Position numbers and translations under genes: made by a program | Notes under the pieces: generated by a model | The model's database searches: none | The model's input: the letters and a program-made list of their open reading frames with translations, nothing else | What the model was told of the DNA's origin: nothing | Part shown: piece after piece, positions 1 through 12,405 of the stretch | Numbering within the stretch: position 1 is the stretch's first letter | Layout of the letters: every line of letters starts with the position of its first letter | Assembly (NCBI GenBank): GCA_001661245.1 | Contig: KV454013.1 | Span: 563,981-627,980, forward strand | Origin: Pachysolen tannophilus NRRL Y-2460 | Taxonomy: Eukaryota | DNA length: 64,000 bases | Direction of reading: 5' to 3'

Positions 1-12
1 ATGATGACTAGA

Positions 13-1653
13 TTATTGTTTTAAGACGTCATTTAGCTTACCGAAGCTCAAGACGTTTTCTATTCTCAGGCTGCTTGTTAGTAGCATCACCAATCTGTCT
101 ATTCCAAGTCCCCATCCTCCAGTTGGTGGCATTCCCAATTCCATGTTTTCTACAAATTTATAATCCGGTATTAATGATTCGGTATCTTTATATTTTGCAC
201 TGTTTTTCAATTGGGATTCAAAATTTTCGAATTGAGTGAATGGGTTATTCTCTTCTTCATATGAGTTGACGTATTCTTTAGAGTTTATAAATAATTCAAA
301 TCTGCGAGAAATAATAAATTCTCGGTTACCGTTATAAATCAATTTTGTTGATTTTGCTAAAGGTGATAGTAAAGCTGGTTGGTTATATATTATTGTAGGC
401 TTGTTGTTGTTGCTTAAAGGTTCCAAGTAAATTGACGACAATTTGTCTAAATATTGCAGTGGAGATTTAATTTCAGGTTCGGTTATTTTCAAAATTTGGA
501 AATATTGGGATAAATTTTCAGTAGTTAAATCTAATGGTAATGGTAAGCCAGTTTCAATTTCTAATGTGGGTATAAATTCTATTCTGTTAAATCTTTCAAT
601 ATTGGCTAACTGCTGTAATAATGCATTATCAAAATTTTGACATAAATTCTCATGATTCAATAGGTCTTGTATAATTTTGTTAAATAAATCTTCTGTCATT
701 TTAATTAATTCTTCTAAACCAATAAATGTTTGATAAAATTCACATGTTGTAAATTCTGGATTATGCGTTGAATCAATACCTTCGTTCCTGAAAACTTTAC
801 CTATTTCAAAAACTTTATCAAACCCTGAAATAATTAATTTTTTTAACCATAATTCAGGTGCTACTCTCAAGTTTAGTGGTAATGGTATATTATCATCATC
901 TTTAAGGTGGACACTCGAAGAAATGAAAGGAGTGGCATTAGCACCTGTGCTACCACTAGCAATTATAGGAGTTTCTACTTCAACAAATTCTCTTTTGTTT
1001 AAAAAATTTCTAATACTAGAAATAATTATCGACCTAGCCAACAAAGTATCCCTTGATCTCTTATTAATCAAATAATCAAGAACTCGATTACCATTGATCT
1101 TTGCTGTATCTGTTAACCTTGTCGGAATTGCATGTAAAGCTGGGGCACATAGTATTATTGGTCTTATCAATTTTAACGATAACTCTCCAGCATTTGTCAC
1201 ACCGGGATACCCAATACAAGATATAAAGTCACCTCTTCGTAGCAAATCATGATTCTCCACAAACTCTTGTTTATCTAATCCCATCATCTTACTATTACCT
1301 ACAATTTGAAGTTTCTCAAAATCTTGTACTATATCAATGAAAATTAAATTCTTACCAGATTTTCGAATACTAGAAATCTTACCATTCACTTGAAAAGCTT
1401 CTTCAACCACCTTCAGATCATCAAGAAAACAATAATTCTCATATTTCTTTCTGAATACAGGTATTCTTATTTCGTCAGTATCAGTATTTTCACTCTTGAT
1501 TTCGCTTAAAAGAGGGTAGTATTTTTGATGAGCAGTAGTAACTAATTTCTTTCGATTAGCAAAATCACTATCTTCCAATATAGATGATGAAACTGATGAT
1601 TTCACTCTCTTGAACACCAATGACGATATCTGTCTTCGTATCATCATTATCAT
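13..1653 (-). CDS. MSK1: Mitochondrial lysyl-tRNA synthetase (class II)
   Basis: OB-fold region, motif 2 FRNEGIDSTHNPEFTTCEFY and motif 3 GMPPTGGWGLGIDRL. First ATG is at 1653 (the ORF track starts at a TTG). Basic/Ser-rich presequence-like N-terminus. Confidence 0.9.
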   Translation of the reverse strand: MIMMIRRQISSLVFKRVKSSVSSSILEDSDFANRKKLVTTAHQKYYPLLSEIKSENTDTDEIRIPVFRKKYENYCFLDDLKVVEEAFQVNGKISSIRKSGKNLIFIDIVQDFEKLQIVGNSKMMGLDKQEFVENHDLLRRGDFISCIGYPGVTNAGELSLKLIRPIILCAPALHAIPTRLTDTAKINGNRVLDYLINKRSRDTLLARSIIISSIRNFLNKREFVEVETPIIASGSTGANATPFISSSVHLKDDDNIPLPLNLRVAPELWLKKLIISGFDKVFEIGKVFRNEGIDSTHNPEFTTCEFYQTFIGLEELIKMTEDLFNKIIQDLLNHENLCQNFDNALLQQLANIERFNRIEFIPTLEIETGLPLPLDLTTENLSQYFQILKITEPEIKSPLQYLDKLSSIYLEPLSNNNKPTIIYNQPALLSPLAKSTKLIYNGNREFIISRRFELFINSKEYVNSYEEENNPFTQFENFESQLKNSAKYKDTESLIPDYKFVENMELGMPPTGGWGLGIDRLVMLLTSSLRIENVLSFGKLNDVLKQ

Positions 1654-1865
1654 TATATCTTTAAACCCATTCTTCTTTTCAAGTTGTATCGATCTCTGCA
1701 AAAATATTTAGTACCAAAAAGATGGTTGGAAAAAAGAAGGAAAAAAAAAAAAAACTTCACCAAAATACAGGTATTAAACCCAACCACCTTTCCACACTAT
1801 TAAATTAAATTAATAGTTTTAGAGATCTTTTTTGTTTTAAACGAATATTAATAGTTTGATTACAA

Positions 1866-4312
1866 ATGGTGAGTTGTTATTCTTCAATTTGTGGAACAGG
1901 GTTCTTTGCTATAATTCTTTAGCTTTTTGTGATTGAAATTAAAATTACTAACATGGATTTTATATGTGTTGTTATTTGTAGGATTTTAATTCTATCGAAG
2001 ATATCGATAATGTCAGATTGACTTGGAATGTTTTCCCAACAACAAAGATAGACGCTACGAGGCTTTCTGTTCCAATAGCATCTTTGTATACTCCGTTGAG
2101 ACAAAGGGAGGATCTTCCAATTTTACATGAGGATCCTGTGGTGTGTAGGCAATGTCAGGGAATATTGAACCCATATTGTCATTTGGATTTGACTATCAAT
2201 ATTTGGAATTGTCCTTTTTGCAATACTGTTAACAAGCTTCCGGTTCCAGATATTATACCTTTACAATGCCAACAGGAATTTACCACGATGGAGTATGTTA
2301 CATCTAGAAGAAATGCAACGCCTCCAGTTTTTTTATACGTTATCGATCTTTGTTTGGATGATGAAAATTTGTCTAATTTAATTGAATCTATATTGACAAG
2401 TATAGATCTTTTACCTGAACATGTCTTGATAGGTTTAATTACTTTTGGGAAAAATGTTAATGTTTATGAATTGGGTAACCAAGATGTTTCAATCAATTCT
2501 TTAACTTTTAATGGTAATAAGCCCTATACACTTGAACAGATTGAATCTATACTAGGTTTATTACCAAACTCACTTGTGGTGAAGTCTTCTCAACCGCTGC
2601 AACAGAAGAGTGCGATTTTGAATTATAGAGGTTCTAGGTTTGTTCAACCAGTTTCTCTTTGTCAATATCAGTTAAGGATGATTCTTGAACAAATTTTAAA
2701 AGATTCTTTCCCTATAAAACGTCATGAAAGGCCAATGAGAGCCACTGGATCTGCTGTCAATATTGCATTGAACTTGTTGAAATCGTGTTTCGACCAAACT
2801 GGTTCTCATATGCTCTTATTCAGTGGTGGACCTTGTACTTATGGGCCTGGAATGATTGTTGATGTCCCATTTAAAGAACCATTAAGATCACATAAGGATA
2901 TTCAAGGTGATACTGCAAAACATTATAAAAAAGCACTGGCATTCTATGATAATTTATCAACTTTGGCTGCAGTTAATGGTCATACAGTGGACATATTTGT
3001 TGGTTCTTATGATCAAGTTGGATTATATGAAATGTCGCCTTTATGTGAAAAGACAAATGGAGCTGTTGTACTTAGTGATTCTTTTACTACTGTTATCTTC
3101 AAACAATCATTAAACAAATTTTTCAGTAAGGATAACTTTGGGTTTTTAGAAATGGGTTTAAATGCTACATTAGATTTGAAAGTTTCCAAAAATTTGAAGA
3201 TAAATGGAATGATTGGACATGGAGTCTCATTACATTCGAATAAAGAGAAAAGTAGTATAAGTGACACTGAGATTGGTCTTGGTGGTACAACTGCGTGGAA
3301 ATTATGTAATGTTACTCCACATTCATCTTATGGAATTTATTTTGAAATAGCGAATAATACTTCGTCTGTTGGTCTTGATAATAATACTGCATTCATACAA
3401 TATATTTTATATTATCAGCACCCAAGCGGTGAAATGAGGCTAAAAGTCACCACAATACTGAGAAATATGCTCCTGCCGGGATCTGATTCAGATATAGGCG
3501 AGTATTTTGACCAAGAAGCTGCTGCTGTATTGATAGCTAGAGAGGCTATAAACAAATCTTTAAAAAACGTTGAAACAAATGATCTCTTGCTTTGGTTGGA
3601 TAAGATATTGATCGATTTATGTATCAAGTTTGGAGAATATACCAAGAATATTCTGGAGTCTTTTAAATTATCAATCAAGTTCTCCTTGTTTCCACAATTT
3701 ATTTATCATTTAAGAAGATCTCAATTCTTACAGATGTTCAATAATTCTCCTGATGAGACTTTATTTTACAGACATGTATTTCTTAGTGAAGACACAACAA
3801 ATTCATTGATCATGATTCAACCAACATTGATGGCATACGATATAGAACTGGAAGAACCCGAACCTGTATTATTGGACTCGTTATCATTGAAACCAGATAG
3901 AATCTTGCTCTTGGATACTTTTTTCCACATTCTTATCTATCATGGTGAAACAATTGCTACTTGGAAAAGCTTGGGATATCAGGATAAAGAAGATTATCAA
4001 TACTTCAAAGATTTCTTGAACTTACCTAGACAGGATCTGGGCGAGTTATTATACGACAGGTTCCCACTTCCAAGATTTGTTGATTGTAATGAAGGAGGTT
4101 CCCAAGCAAGATTTTTGTATTCAAAATTAAACCCATCCAATAATTACAAGTCACTTGCTGATAGTTTTACCACTGCTGTGACAGGTACTTTTGGTACTAT
4201 TGTTGGCGGAGCAAACTCCAATGCTTCAGGTGCTGTCATCTTAACTGATGATGTCAGCTTACAAACGTTTATGGAACATGTACAAAGACTGGTGGTCAAG
4301 AGTACAAATTGA
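1866..4312 (+). CDS. SEC23: Sec23-family COPII coat subunit / Sar1 GAP; join(1866..1868,1982..4312)
   Basis: Exon 1 is the ATG alone, followed by GTGAGT, TACTAAC at 1946 and TAG at 1981. Splicing gives [20 protein letters not shown], the typical Sec23 N-terminus. Zn finger [16 protein letters not shown] and GGSQARFL are present. May be a diverged paralogue. Confidence 0.88.
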
Positions 4313-4547
4313 TTTTGTTTCATATGTCCTTTTTTTTTTTTTTTTTTTTTTTCTTTTAGCTTATCTTTATTTTTTCCTCTTTCTCCTATTGTTGGACGCT
4401 CTTTCATTTTACTATCTATTTATTTCAACTTATCACCATTTTCAGCTTTGTTTTTTTCCAAAAAAAGACCTTTATATATAGTATTATCTTTTCTTGTAGT
4501 TTAAAAAATAATATTAACATTTAGATTCAATTATCTGTCTTGAATAG

Positions 4548-5302
4548 ATGTCTTTCAACACCGGTTCCTGGTCTGGGGAGAAATTTGCTGTTAGCAAAAA
4601 TACCGAATTGATTCAGTTTGCCTACAAAAACATCAAAGCCATTAAAGAATCAGATTCATATGAAAAGATGATTAGTGGAATACCGTAAGTGAAATTTAAA
4701 GATTGTTTTCGGATTTCAAATATTTATATTAACTTCATTCATATTGTAAAATTAGGTATAACGGTTATTCTAAAGAAATAATACAAGAAAGAACTATACG
4801 TCATGAAATTGCAATTGATTATGCATCGATAAGGTTGAAAGATTTTGCAAATTATCAAGATTTCATCAAAACAAGATATGAATACTTGACCAAATGTTTA
4901 GGTGGTCTAAAAGGTGAAAATATTCATCTTGAACCACCAATTTTTTTTGATTACGGTTACAACGTAGTTATTGGTGACAACTTCTTTGCAAATTTTAACT
5001 TGACTTTAATTGATTGTTCAATTATCAAAATTGGTAAAAATGTTCAGATGGGCCCTAATTGTGTCATATGTACTGCTACACATCCCATCGATAGTTCATT
5101 GAGAAGTCAAGGATATGAAATTGCATGGCCCGTAGAAATTGGAGATGACGTTTGGTTAGGCGCCAATGTACAAGTCCTACCTGGAGTAAACATTGGGAAC
5201 AACGTTGTGATAGGCGCTGGAAGTGTAGTTACTAAAGACATCCCAGATAATTGCGTTGCTGCCGGGATTCCTTGTAAAATTCTTAGATACATTAATAAAT
5301 AG
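4548..5302 (+). CDS. Maltose/galactoside O-acetyltransferase (hexapeptide repeat, YJL218W-like); join(4548..4684,4756..5302)
   Basis: YEKMISGIP/YN across a GTAAGT..TATTAAC..TAG intron. FDYGYN, ATHP and IGDDVWLGANVQVLPGVNIG left-handed beta-helix repeats. Confidence 0.85.
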
Positions 5303-5457
5303 TTTTAATAGTTGAGTTTAGTTTAGTTGAATTGGTTAGTTTTAGTTTTAAAGTATCAGTACTATTTGTCGCGTAAAAAAAAAAATCTTAAAGGTATTAA
5401 ATAAATACAATAATAGAATTAAAGACAGTGTTTATAATTCATAATTTTAATTGAAAT

Positions 5458-6468
5458 ATGATCATGTCACAAGATCTTGGGCTAGAGGACTTAGAGAGTG
5501 TTGAAGATGTTGAAGATGTTGAAGAAGAAGTTTCAGAAATAATAGCTGAACATCAGTTTATACCGCCTTCAGTCACGTTACCGATCTCATTCAAGTCTTC
5601 TACATATTGCACCGAGATTCCATCACTGATTTTACATGATCCAACAAAAGAGGTAATTTTAGGTGTTGATGAAGCTGGTAGAGGACCTGTCTTGGGACCA
5701 ATGGTTTACGGTATAGCATATTGTTTGAAAACATTTGAACCTATTTTGAAAAAATATGGATTTGATGATTCGAAAATTTTAACTGAGCAAAAAAGGTTTG
5801 AACTTACAAGAGAAATTTGTGAAGAGGGATCTGAATTAAATCAGAATATAGGATGGTCAACAACAACTTTAACTTCAAGAGATATTTCTAGTGATATGTT
5901 GAGTTATCAGGTAAATTTAAATAGTCAAGCACATGACGCTACTATAGAATTAATTAAATCTACGTTATCCAAGGGAGTGAATTTAAAAGAAGTTTATGTT
6001 GACACTGTTGGTCCACCAGCTTCATATCAGAAAAAATTACAAGAAAATTTCCCTTTAATTAAAATTACAGTAACGAAAAAGGCAGATTCTTTATTTAAAA
6101 TTGTTTCTGCAGCTTCAGTTGTAGCAAAAGTCACGAGAGATTTTAATTTAAGCTTATGTAAAAAAGATAAAAACGATAAATTGGGTTCTGGATACCCGTC
6201 AGACCCAAACACCAAAAAATGGTTAGTTCAAAATATGAACCCATTATTTGGCTGGGGTAAACTTGTACGATATAGTTGGTCCACTGCAACAAATTGTCTT
6301 GAAAATAATAATGCAATAAAAGTGGTATTCGCAACCGATATTCAGGAAAAATTCGACACCAGCAGTCATGATGTCGTTGCCATGTTTAATAATAGAGATG
6401 ATAGAAGTTTAGAAAAATCAGAATTGAGTACTTTATGGTGGGGTTCTTATGATGTTAAATTGAATTGA
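5458..6468 (+). CDS. RNH201: RNase H2 catalytic subunit A
   Basis: GVDEAGRGPVLGPMVY, DDSK, VDTVG, KKADS, VSAASVVAKVTRD and GSGYPSDP motifs. Confidence 0.95.
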   Translation: MIMSQDLGLEDLESVEDVEDVEEEVSEIIAEHQFIPPSVTLPISFKSSTYCTEIPSLILHDPTKEVILGVDEAGRGPVLGPMVYGIAYCLKTFEPILKKYGFDDSKILTEQKRFELTREICEEGSELNQNIGWSTTTLTSRDISSDMLSYQVNLNSQAHDATIELIKSTLSKGVNLKEVYVDTVGPPASYQKKLQENFPLIKITVTKKADSLFKIVSAASVVAKVTRDFNLSLCKKDKNDKLGSGYPSDPNTKKWLVQNMNPLFGWGKLVRYSWSTATNCLENNNAIKVVFATDIQEKFDTSSHDVVAMFNNRDDRSLEKSELSTLWWGSYDVKLN

Positions 6469-7016
6469 ACTCTTTTATCATTCCCTTCTCCATCCCCTTC
6501 TATCTCCACTATGTTTTCCCGCGCCCCCGCCTATTCTCACCGCTGCTTTTTTTGTTTTTCCGCCCGAAAAAAAAAGTTATTTTTTTCTCTTTTTCTTTGC
6601 TTCGGAGCTACTGGTGCGGTGGCCGCCCTTCGACGTGCTCCCTGCCGATGTACTCTTACTCTTTCCCGCGAAACGGGCTCGTCCTCCGCCGGATCTTCAG
6701 TTTTTTTTTTTTTTTTTTTTTTTTTTTCTTGCGTTTTCTTTTTCGATTCTTTATGTCCGGACTACTCTTTTCCAAACAAAAATGGGTCAAAAACCTTTGC
6801 AGAACCCAAAAAATAGTTGTTGCATGGAAACATTGAACAGTGTATTATATTTATATATATATATATATATATAGTTAGTTATATAAATATTTAGTAAATA
6901 TATTTTCAGGTTAGAGAAAGATAAAGAGCTTTTTTTTTTTTTTACTTCTTTTCGTCTGTTGGGCTTCTTTGAATTTTCTTTTTTTAATTTTGAAGAATTG
7001 AAGAAGAAGTGAAATA

Positions 7017-8675
7017 ATGTCTGCTTTAACTTCTATGAGAATTGGTGCTCGTCCGGCGTTTCATTTTAGCCGTCAGTATGTAAAGAACTTATGATTTGAT
7101 TTAGTCAATTAAGTGATCCGAGGTCATTTATAGAAGAATTAAAGATTACTAACTTTGATTTTTTTTTTTTTTTTATTATTAAGATTACCAAGATTTCAAG
7201 GTTTGGCTTTAAACCTTGCCAGAACATACGCTGGAAAATGTAAGTGGTACTTATAATTTTTTTAATGATTTAGTCTAAAAACGTTACTGACCTTTTTGTG
7301 TGTATTTTTTTTTTTCTCTATTATTTTTGAAGCTTTTCCTGATCATGTTGTTATCAAAATGCCAGCATTGTCTCCAACAATGACCCAAGGTAGTCTTCTT
7401 TCTTGGAGTAAAAAAGTTGGTGATAAATTGAATCCTGGTGAAGCAATTGCTGAAATTGAGACTGATAAAGCATCAATGGATTTTGAATTTCAAGAGGAAG
7501 GGTATTTGGCCAAAATCTTGGTAGAAGGTGGTGCAAAGGATCTTCCTGTAGGTAAGCCAATTGCCGTTTATGTTGAAGAAGAAGGTGATGTTGCAGCATT
7601 TGCCGATTTCACTGCTGAAGATGCAGGCGATTCAGGTGATTCAGGTGCAGCACTGGCACCACCAGCTCAGCTGTCATCAGAAGCTGCTCCAGCTAAAGAA
7701 GAGACTACTCCTCAAAAGGAAGAACCAGCTCCTGCCAAGAAACTGAGTCAGGCAGAAGCACCTTCTGCTCCACCTGCTGGGGGCAGGATCATTGCTTCAC
7801 CATTGGCGAAGACAATTGCTTTAGAAAAAGGTATCTCATTGAAAAACATCAAAGGTACTGGTCCAAAGGGTAGAATTGTAGCCGATGATGTAAGAAATTA
7901 CAAACCACCAGCAACTGCGGGTGTTACAGGTGCAGGTGCGGGAGCAGGTGCTCCAGGTGCTGCCCCATCTGCATCTTATGAAGACATTCCAATTACAAGT
8001 ATGAGAAGTACAATTGCCAAGAGATTATTACAATCTACTCAATCTTCACCAACTTATATCGTTTCTTCAGCAATCTCAGTTTCAAAATTGTTGAAATTAA
8101 GACAATCTTTAAATGCTACAGCCGAAGATCGTTATAAATTATCTGTTAATGACTTGATGTTAAAAGCAGTTGCTGTTACTGCTAGGAGAATGCCACAAGT
8201 CAATTCTGTCTGGTTGGAGAATGAAGGAATCATTAGACAATATAAAAATGTTGATGTCTCTGTTGCTGTTGCTACTCCAACAGGGTTGATTACTCCAATT
8301 GTTAAGAATGCAGACACTAAAGGATTGATTCAAATATCTACTGAAGTAAAAGATCTTGGTAAACGTGCAAAAGAAAATAAATTGAAACCAGAAGAATTTG
8401 TTGGTGGTACTATAACTATTTCCAACTTGGGTATGAACCATGCTGTTTCACTTTTCACTTCAATTATTAACCCTCCTCATTCTGCTATTCTTGCTATTGC
8501 CACAGTTCAAAAAGTTGCTGTTGAAGATAAATCCAATCCAAATGGATTCGTATTTGATGAAAAAATCAATGTCACAGGAACTTTTGACCATAGAACCGTT
8601 GATGGTGCATTAGGTGGTGAATTTATCAAAGAGTTGAAGAGAGTTGTTGAAAATCCATTAGAATTTTTGCTTTAG
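7017..8675 (+). CDS. LAT1: Pyruvate dehydrogenase E2 dihydrolipoamide acetyltransferase; join(7017..7075,7184..7239,7333..8675)
   Basis: Lipoyl domain (MPALSPTM, ETDKA), E3-binding ASPLAK and catalytic FDHRTVDGA. Two introns (GTATGT/TACTAAC/AAG and GTAAGT/TACTGAC/AAG) restore a mitochondrial presequence MSALTSMRIGARPAFHFSRQLPRF...ARTYAGKSFP. Confidence 0.93.
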
Positions 8676-9439
8676 AAAAAAAAAAAAAAAAAAGAAAAAG
8701 AAAATCAAATTGAAATTGAATGAACAACAAAGAAAAAAAAAACAGACAAAACAGAAAATAAATGTAACCAACCTCTTTCAAAAAAAAAAAAAATTATGTT
8801 AGTTTAGTTTAGTTTATTTTTTTTACCCTTTTTTTTTTTATTTTTTTCTCTCCAGTTCTCTCAAATTCTTTGTTGGTTATTTTCAAAGTTTAGCTTTAAA
8901 TCTAATAATGTTTTATATTCGTTTATATATTTGATGAAATAATAATGTTTTGCTCCAAATAGAAAACTTGTACTAAGGAGGAAACTTGTGAAGCAACGGA
9001 AACCTGTGAATCAGCCGCAATCCTTACGGCTAAAATGACCATTTGAAGTCCACCTCAATTTATTCTCTAAAGGTTGATTCTAAACTAAAACATAAGTCAC
9101 TAAGTAAACTCTACACCCTTTACTCATTTAGTACACTATCTCTACTAAAACTATCTTTTTTTTTTTCAGTCTAAAACCTAAAACCTTAAGCGTCAATCAA
9201 TGGATCATTGAATCAATCAATAAATAAATCAATAATACCGCTTAAATTTTTGGGGACAAAAACAAAGTCGTGTGCGCGAAACTCAAGTTTTTCCTTTTTT
9301 TTTTGGTTTTTTCAGTTCAACAAATAATCTCAGTATTTAATATGATCAAAAGTTTTTAATTTTTTTTTCTTTCATTTTAAATGGTTTACTTTTTAATCAT
9401 TGATAGATTATATTCATTACAAGAAGAGAAAAAAAAGAA

Positions 9440-9779
9440 ATGGCGGGATTAGCGTTATCAGAAGAGTCAAAGGTAGGTTAAAACAATATTTGATGAGAAA
9501 GATGAAAAATGAAAAAAAAATTGTGAAAAAAAGTTTTATTTACTAGAATTGATTTTTCATTTTTCATTTTTATATATGTACATATTTTTATTCCATATTG
9601 ATGAAATACTAATAGAAATGAACATGTATTTGATTTAGGAAAGAATCGTTAAGATTTTAGATTTAACCAAGACAGTTGCTCATTATGGTTGGATTCCTTT
9701 TGTTTTATATTTAGGCTGGAAAGCTACCCCAAATAGACCACATGTTGTTGCGTTATTATCACCATTGCCATCGGTTTAG
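9440..9779 (+). CDS. TOM7: TOM complex subunit Tom7; join(9440..9472,9639..9779)
   Basis: Not in the ORF track. Spliced product is MAGLALSEESKERIVKILDLTKTVAHYGWIPFVLYLGWKATPNRPHVVALLSPLPSV, with the HYGWIPFVLYLGW signature. Intron GTAGGT..TACTAAT..TAG. Adjacent to LAT1 as in S. cerevisiae. Confidence 0.92.
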
Positions 9780-9931
9780 GCTACCCCTTAATGTGTTGAA
9801 TTGAGTGATGATTCAGGGAAGAGAGGATTGAAATTTGTATATATTAAGTGGAGGTGTTTTTGTTGACTGTTTTATGTCCCATATATATATATATATATTA
9901 TATTATATCTTTAGTTGGTATTGGTTTAATT

Positions 9932-10308
9932 NNNNNNNNNNNNNNNNNNNNNNNNNNNNNNNNNNNNNNNNNNNNNNNNNNNNNNNNNNNNNNNNNNNNN
10001 NNNNNNNNNNNNNNNNNNNNNNNNNNNNNNNNNNNNNNNNNNNNNNNNNNNNNNNNNNNNNNNNNNNNNNNNNNNNNNNNNNNNNNNNNNNNNNNNNNNN
10101 NNNNNNNNNNNNNNNNNNNNNNNNNNNNNNNNNNNNNNNNNNNNNNNNNNNNNNNNNNNNNNNNNNNNNNNNNNNNNNNNNNNNNNNNNNNNNNNNNNNN
10201 NNNNNNNNNNNNNNNNNNNNNNNNNNNNNNNNNNNNNNNNNNNNNNNNNNNNNNNNNNNNNNNNNNNNNNNNNNNNNNNNNNNNNNNNNNNNNNNNNNNN
10301 NNNNNNNN
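9932..10308. other. Assembly gap (N run)
   Basis: Run of N. Confidence 1.
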
Positions 10309-10715
10309 AAAATTGTGAAAAGTTTATTTACTAGAATTGATTTTCATTTTCATTTTATATATGTACATATTTTATTCCATATTGATGAAATACTAATAGA
10401 AATGAACATGTATTTGATTTAGGAAAGAATCGTTAAGATTTTAGATTTAACCAAGACAGTTGCTCATTATGGTTGGATTCCTTTTGTTTTATATTTAGGC
10501 TGGAAAGCTACCCCAAATAGACCACATGTTGTTGCGTTATTATCACCATTGCCATCGGTTTAGGCTACCCCTTAATGTGTTGAATTGAGTGATGATTCAG
10601 GGAAGAGAGGATTGAAATTTGTATATATTAAGTGGAGGTGTTTTTGTTGACTGTTTTATGTCCCATATATATATATATATATTATATTATATCTTTAGTT
10701 GGTATTGGTTTAATT
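10309..10715 (+). repeat. Near-identical copy of 9517..9931, including TOM7 exon 2 at 10423..10563; probably unmerged contig overlap
   Basis: The copies abut opposite sides of the gap and differ only in homopolymer lengths near the contig end. Confidence 0.9.
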
Positions 10716-11050
10716 TTTTTTCATTTCAAAAAAAAAAAAATTTAACTTAGCTCTCTTTTCTAACTTTTATAGATATTATTATATTATATGTAAGCTATAT
10801 AAGTAAGCTATTTGTTTTAAAGTTATCTTGTGTACTTTTTTATAATCGTTAACTTAGTGTTTGGTATTATTTATCTAATTAGAAATTTTTCAGTAGTCAT
10901 CTTGCATATTAATAAATATATATATAAAAATATATATAAATTTTTCAACCTCTTATATTGTTACTTAGTGATAAACCAAATATTTGATATAGGGAAAGTT
11001 AGTGGTTTGACCTTTTCTAGTTTTCTTTTTCTCTTCTTGAGTTTTTCTAA

Positions 11051-12046
11051 ATGACAAGCATTAGTGAGACCCTGGTTGATAGAAACTTAGGATTTGGAAC
11101 AATACCAAAAGAAGTTATATGTGGAGTGACAGCAGGATCTATAACAACTTTTATAACCCACCCATTAGATTTAATAAAGATTAGATTACAATTGGATGAA
11201 GTATCAAAAACTCAAAGTGAAAGTTTTAATAAAATATTTAAAGATGTTTTGAAAAATAGTACAGATCCAACTTCAAATAAATTAAAAATAAATTTATTAA
11301 TGAAAGATTTATATAGAGGTATAATACCAAATCTTATTGGAAATACAACAGCTTGGGGTTTTTATTTCATGTTTTATAGAATTTATAAAGATTTGACTCA
11401 TAAGGTTGTACTTAAAAATAGAGGTATTAATAATGATGATATTTTTGGAAAACAACTTAGAGATAATCAATTAAGTTCTCATCATTATTTAATTAGCGCT
11501 TTTGCAGCTGGTTTTACAACTTCTGCAATTACTAACCCACTTTGGGTATTGAAAACAAGAATCTTATCAACATCTAAAAATCAACCAGGTGCTTATCAAT
11601 CAATATTAGATGGAATAAGGCAAATCATTGCAACTGAAGGTATATTTGGTTTTTGGAAAGGTTTAATACCATCATTGTTTGGAGTTGCTCAAGGTTCATT
11701 ACAATTCAGTATTTATGATACTTTAAAACATAAAGTAGTATTAACTGAAACATCAGAAAGTTATTCTTTAAATGTGTTTCAAAGCTTATACTTAAGTTCT
11801 ATAAGTAAAATAATAAGTAGTTTTACATTATATCCATTCCAAGTAATTAGATCAAGATTACAAGGTTATGGTAATAAATCAACAATGAGCAATATCATTA
11901 AACATACATACATCAACGAGGGCCTCAAAGGTTTTTATAAAGGAATATTGGCAAACATCATTAGAGTCCTACCAGCTACTTGGATCACCTTCACAGTCTA
12001 TGAGAGAACAAAAGATTTACTCAAACCCGTTGTTATCACTCAATAA
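11051..12046 (+). CDS. FLX1: Mitochondrial carrier, FAD/folate transporter type
   Basis: Three carrier repeats: HPLDLIKIRLQ, NPLWVLKTR and YPFQVIRSRLQ. AWGFYF motif. Position next to TOM7 fits the ancestral FLX1 location. Confidence 0.75.
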   Translation: MTSISETLVDRNLGFGTIPKEVICGVTAGSITTFITHPLDLIKIRLQLDEVSKTQSESFNKIFKDVLKNSTDPTSNKLKINLLMKDLYRGIIPNLIGNTTAWGFYFMFYRIYKDLTHKVVLKNRGINNDDIFGKQLRDNQLSSHHYLISAFAAGFTTSAITNPLWVLKTRILSTSKNQPGAYQSILDGIRQIIATEGIFGFWKGLIPSLFGVAQGSLQFSIYDTLKHKVVLTETSESYSLNVFQSLYLSSISKIISSFTLYPFQVIRSRLQGYGNKSTMSNIIKHTYINEGLKGFYKGILANIIRVLPATWITFTVYERTKDLLKPVVITQ

Positions 12047-12405
12047 ATAGATAGAAACAAAAAAACCCAAAGGACGTGTACATATAGCGCAAACTCCCAA
12101 TTGAGGTTTTGGGATTTGGACAAACTACTTTTTGATTTTTTTTTTTTTTTCTGTTTTTATAATGTGGATTTGTATATAGCAGTAAAACATAAAGAGTAAA
12201 AGAATAAAAAAAGTAGCTTTAAAGTGTGAAGAAGAAAGAAATAAGGCATATATATAACAATTAAAATAAAATCAGGTAATCAAATAAGCGAAAAGCGATA
12301 AGCGGTGAAGAAGCCGAAAAGAAATTGAAAAGAGACTTTGTAGCTAAATTTTAAATTTTGAATTTTAAATTTTGAATTGATTTGATTTGATTTATCTATG
12401 AAACT

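Noticed and set aside
1953..2021. Intronic ATGGATTTT mimicking the SEC23 start
   Set aside because: Out of frame with exon 2 and stops at 2021.
6465..6874. Three overlapping ORFs upstream of LAT1
   Set aside because: Poly-T-derived Phe runs with no domain; promoter sequence.
8961..9010. Three short AAAC(T/C)TGT direct repeats
   Set aside because: Too short and degenerate to call; no LTR, TIR or CRISPR-like organisation.
9835..10422. ORFs running through N gaps (also 43907-44595 and 58910-59501)
   Set aside because: Artefacts of translating N.
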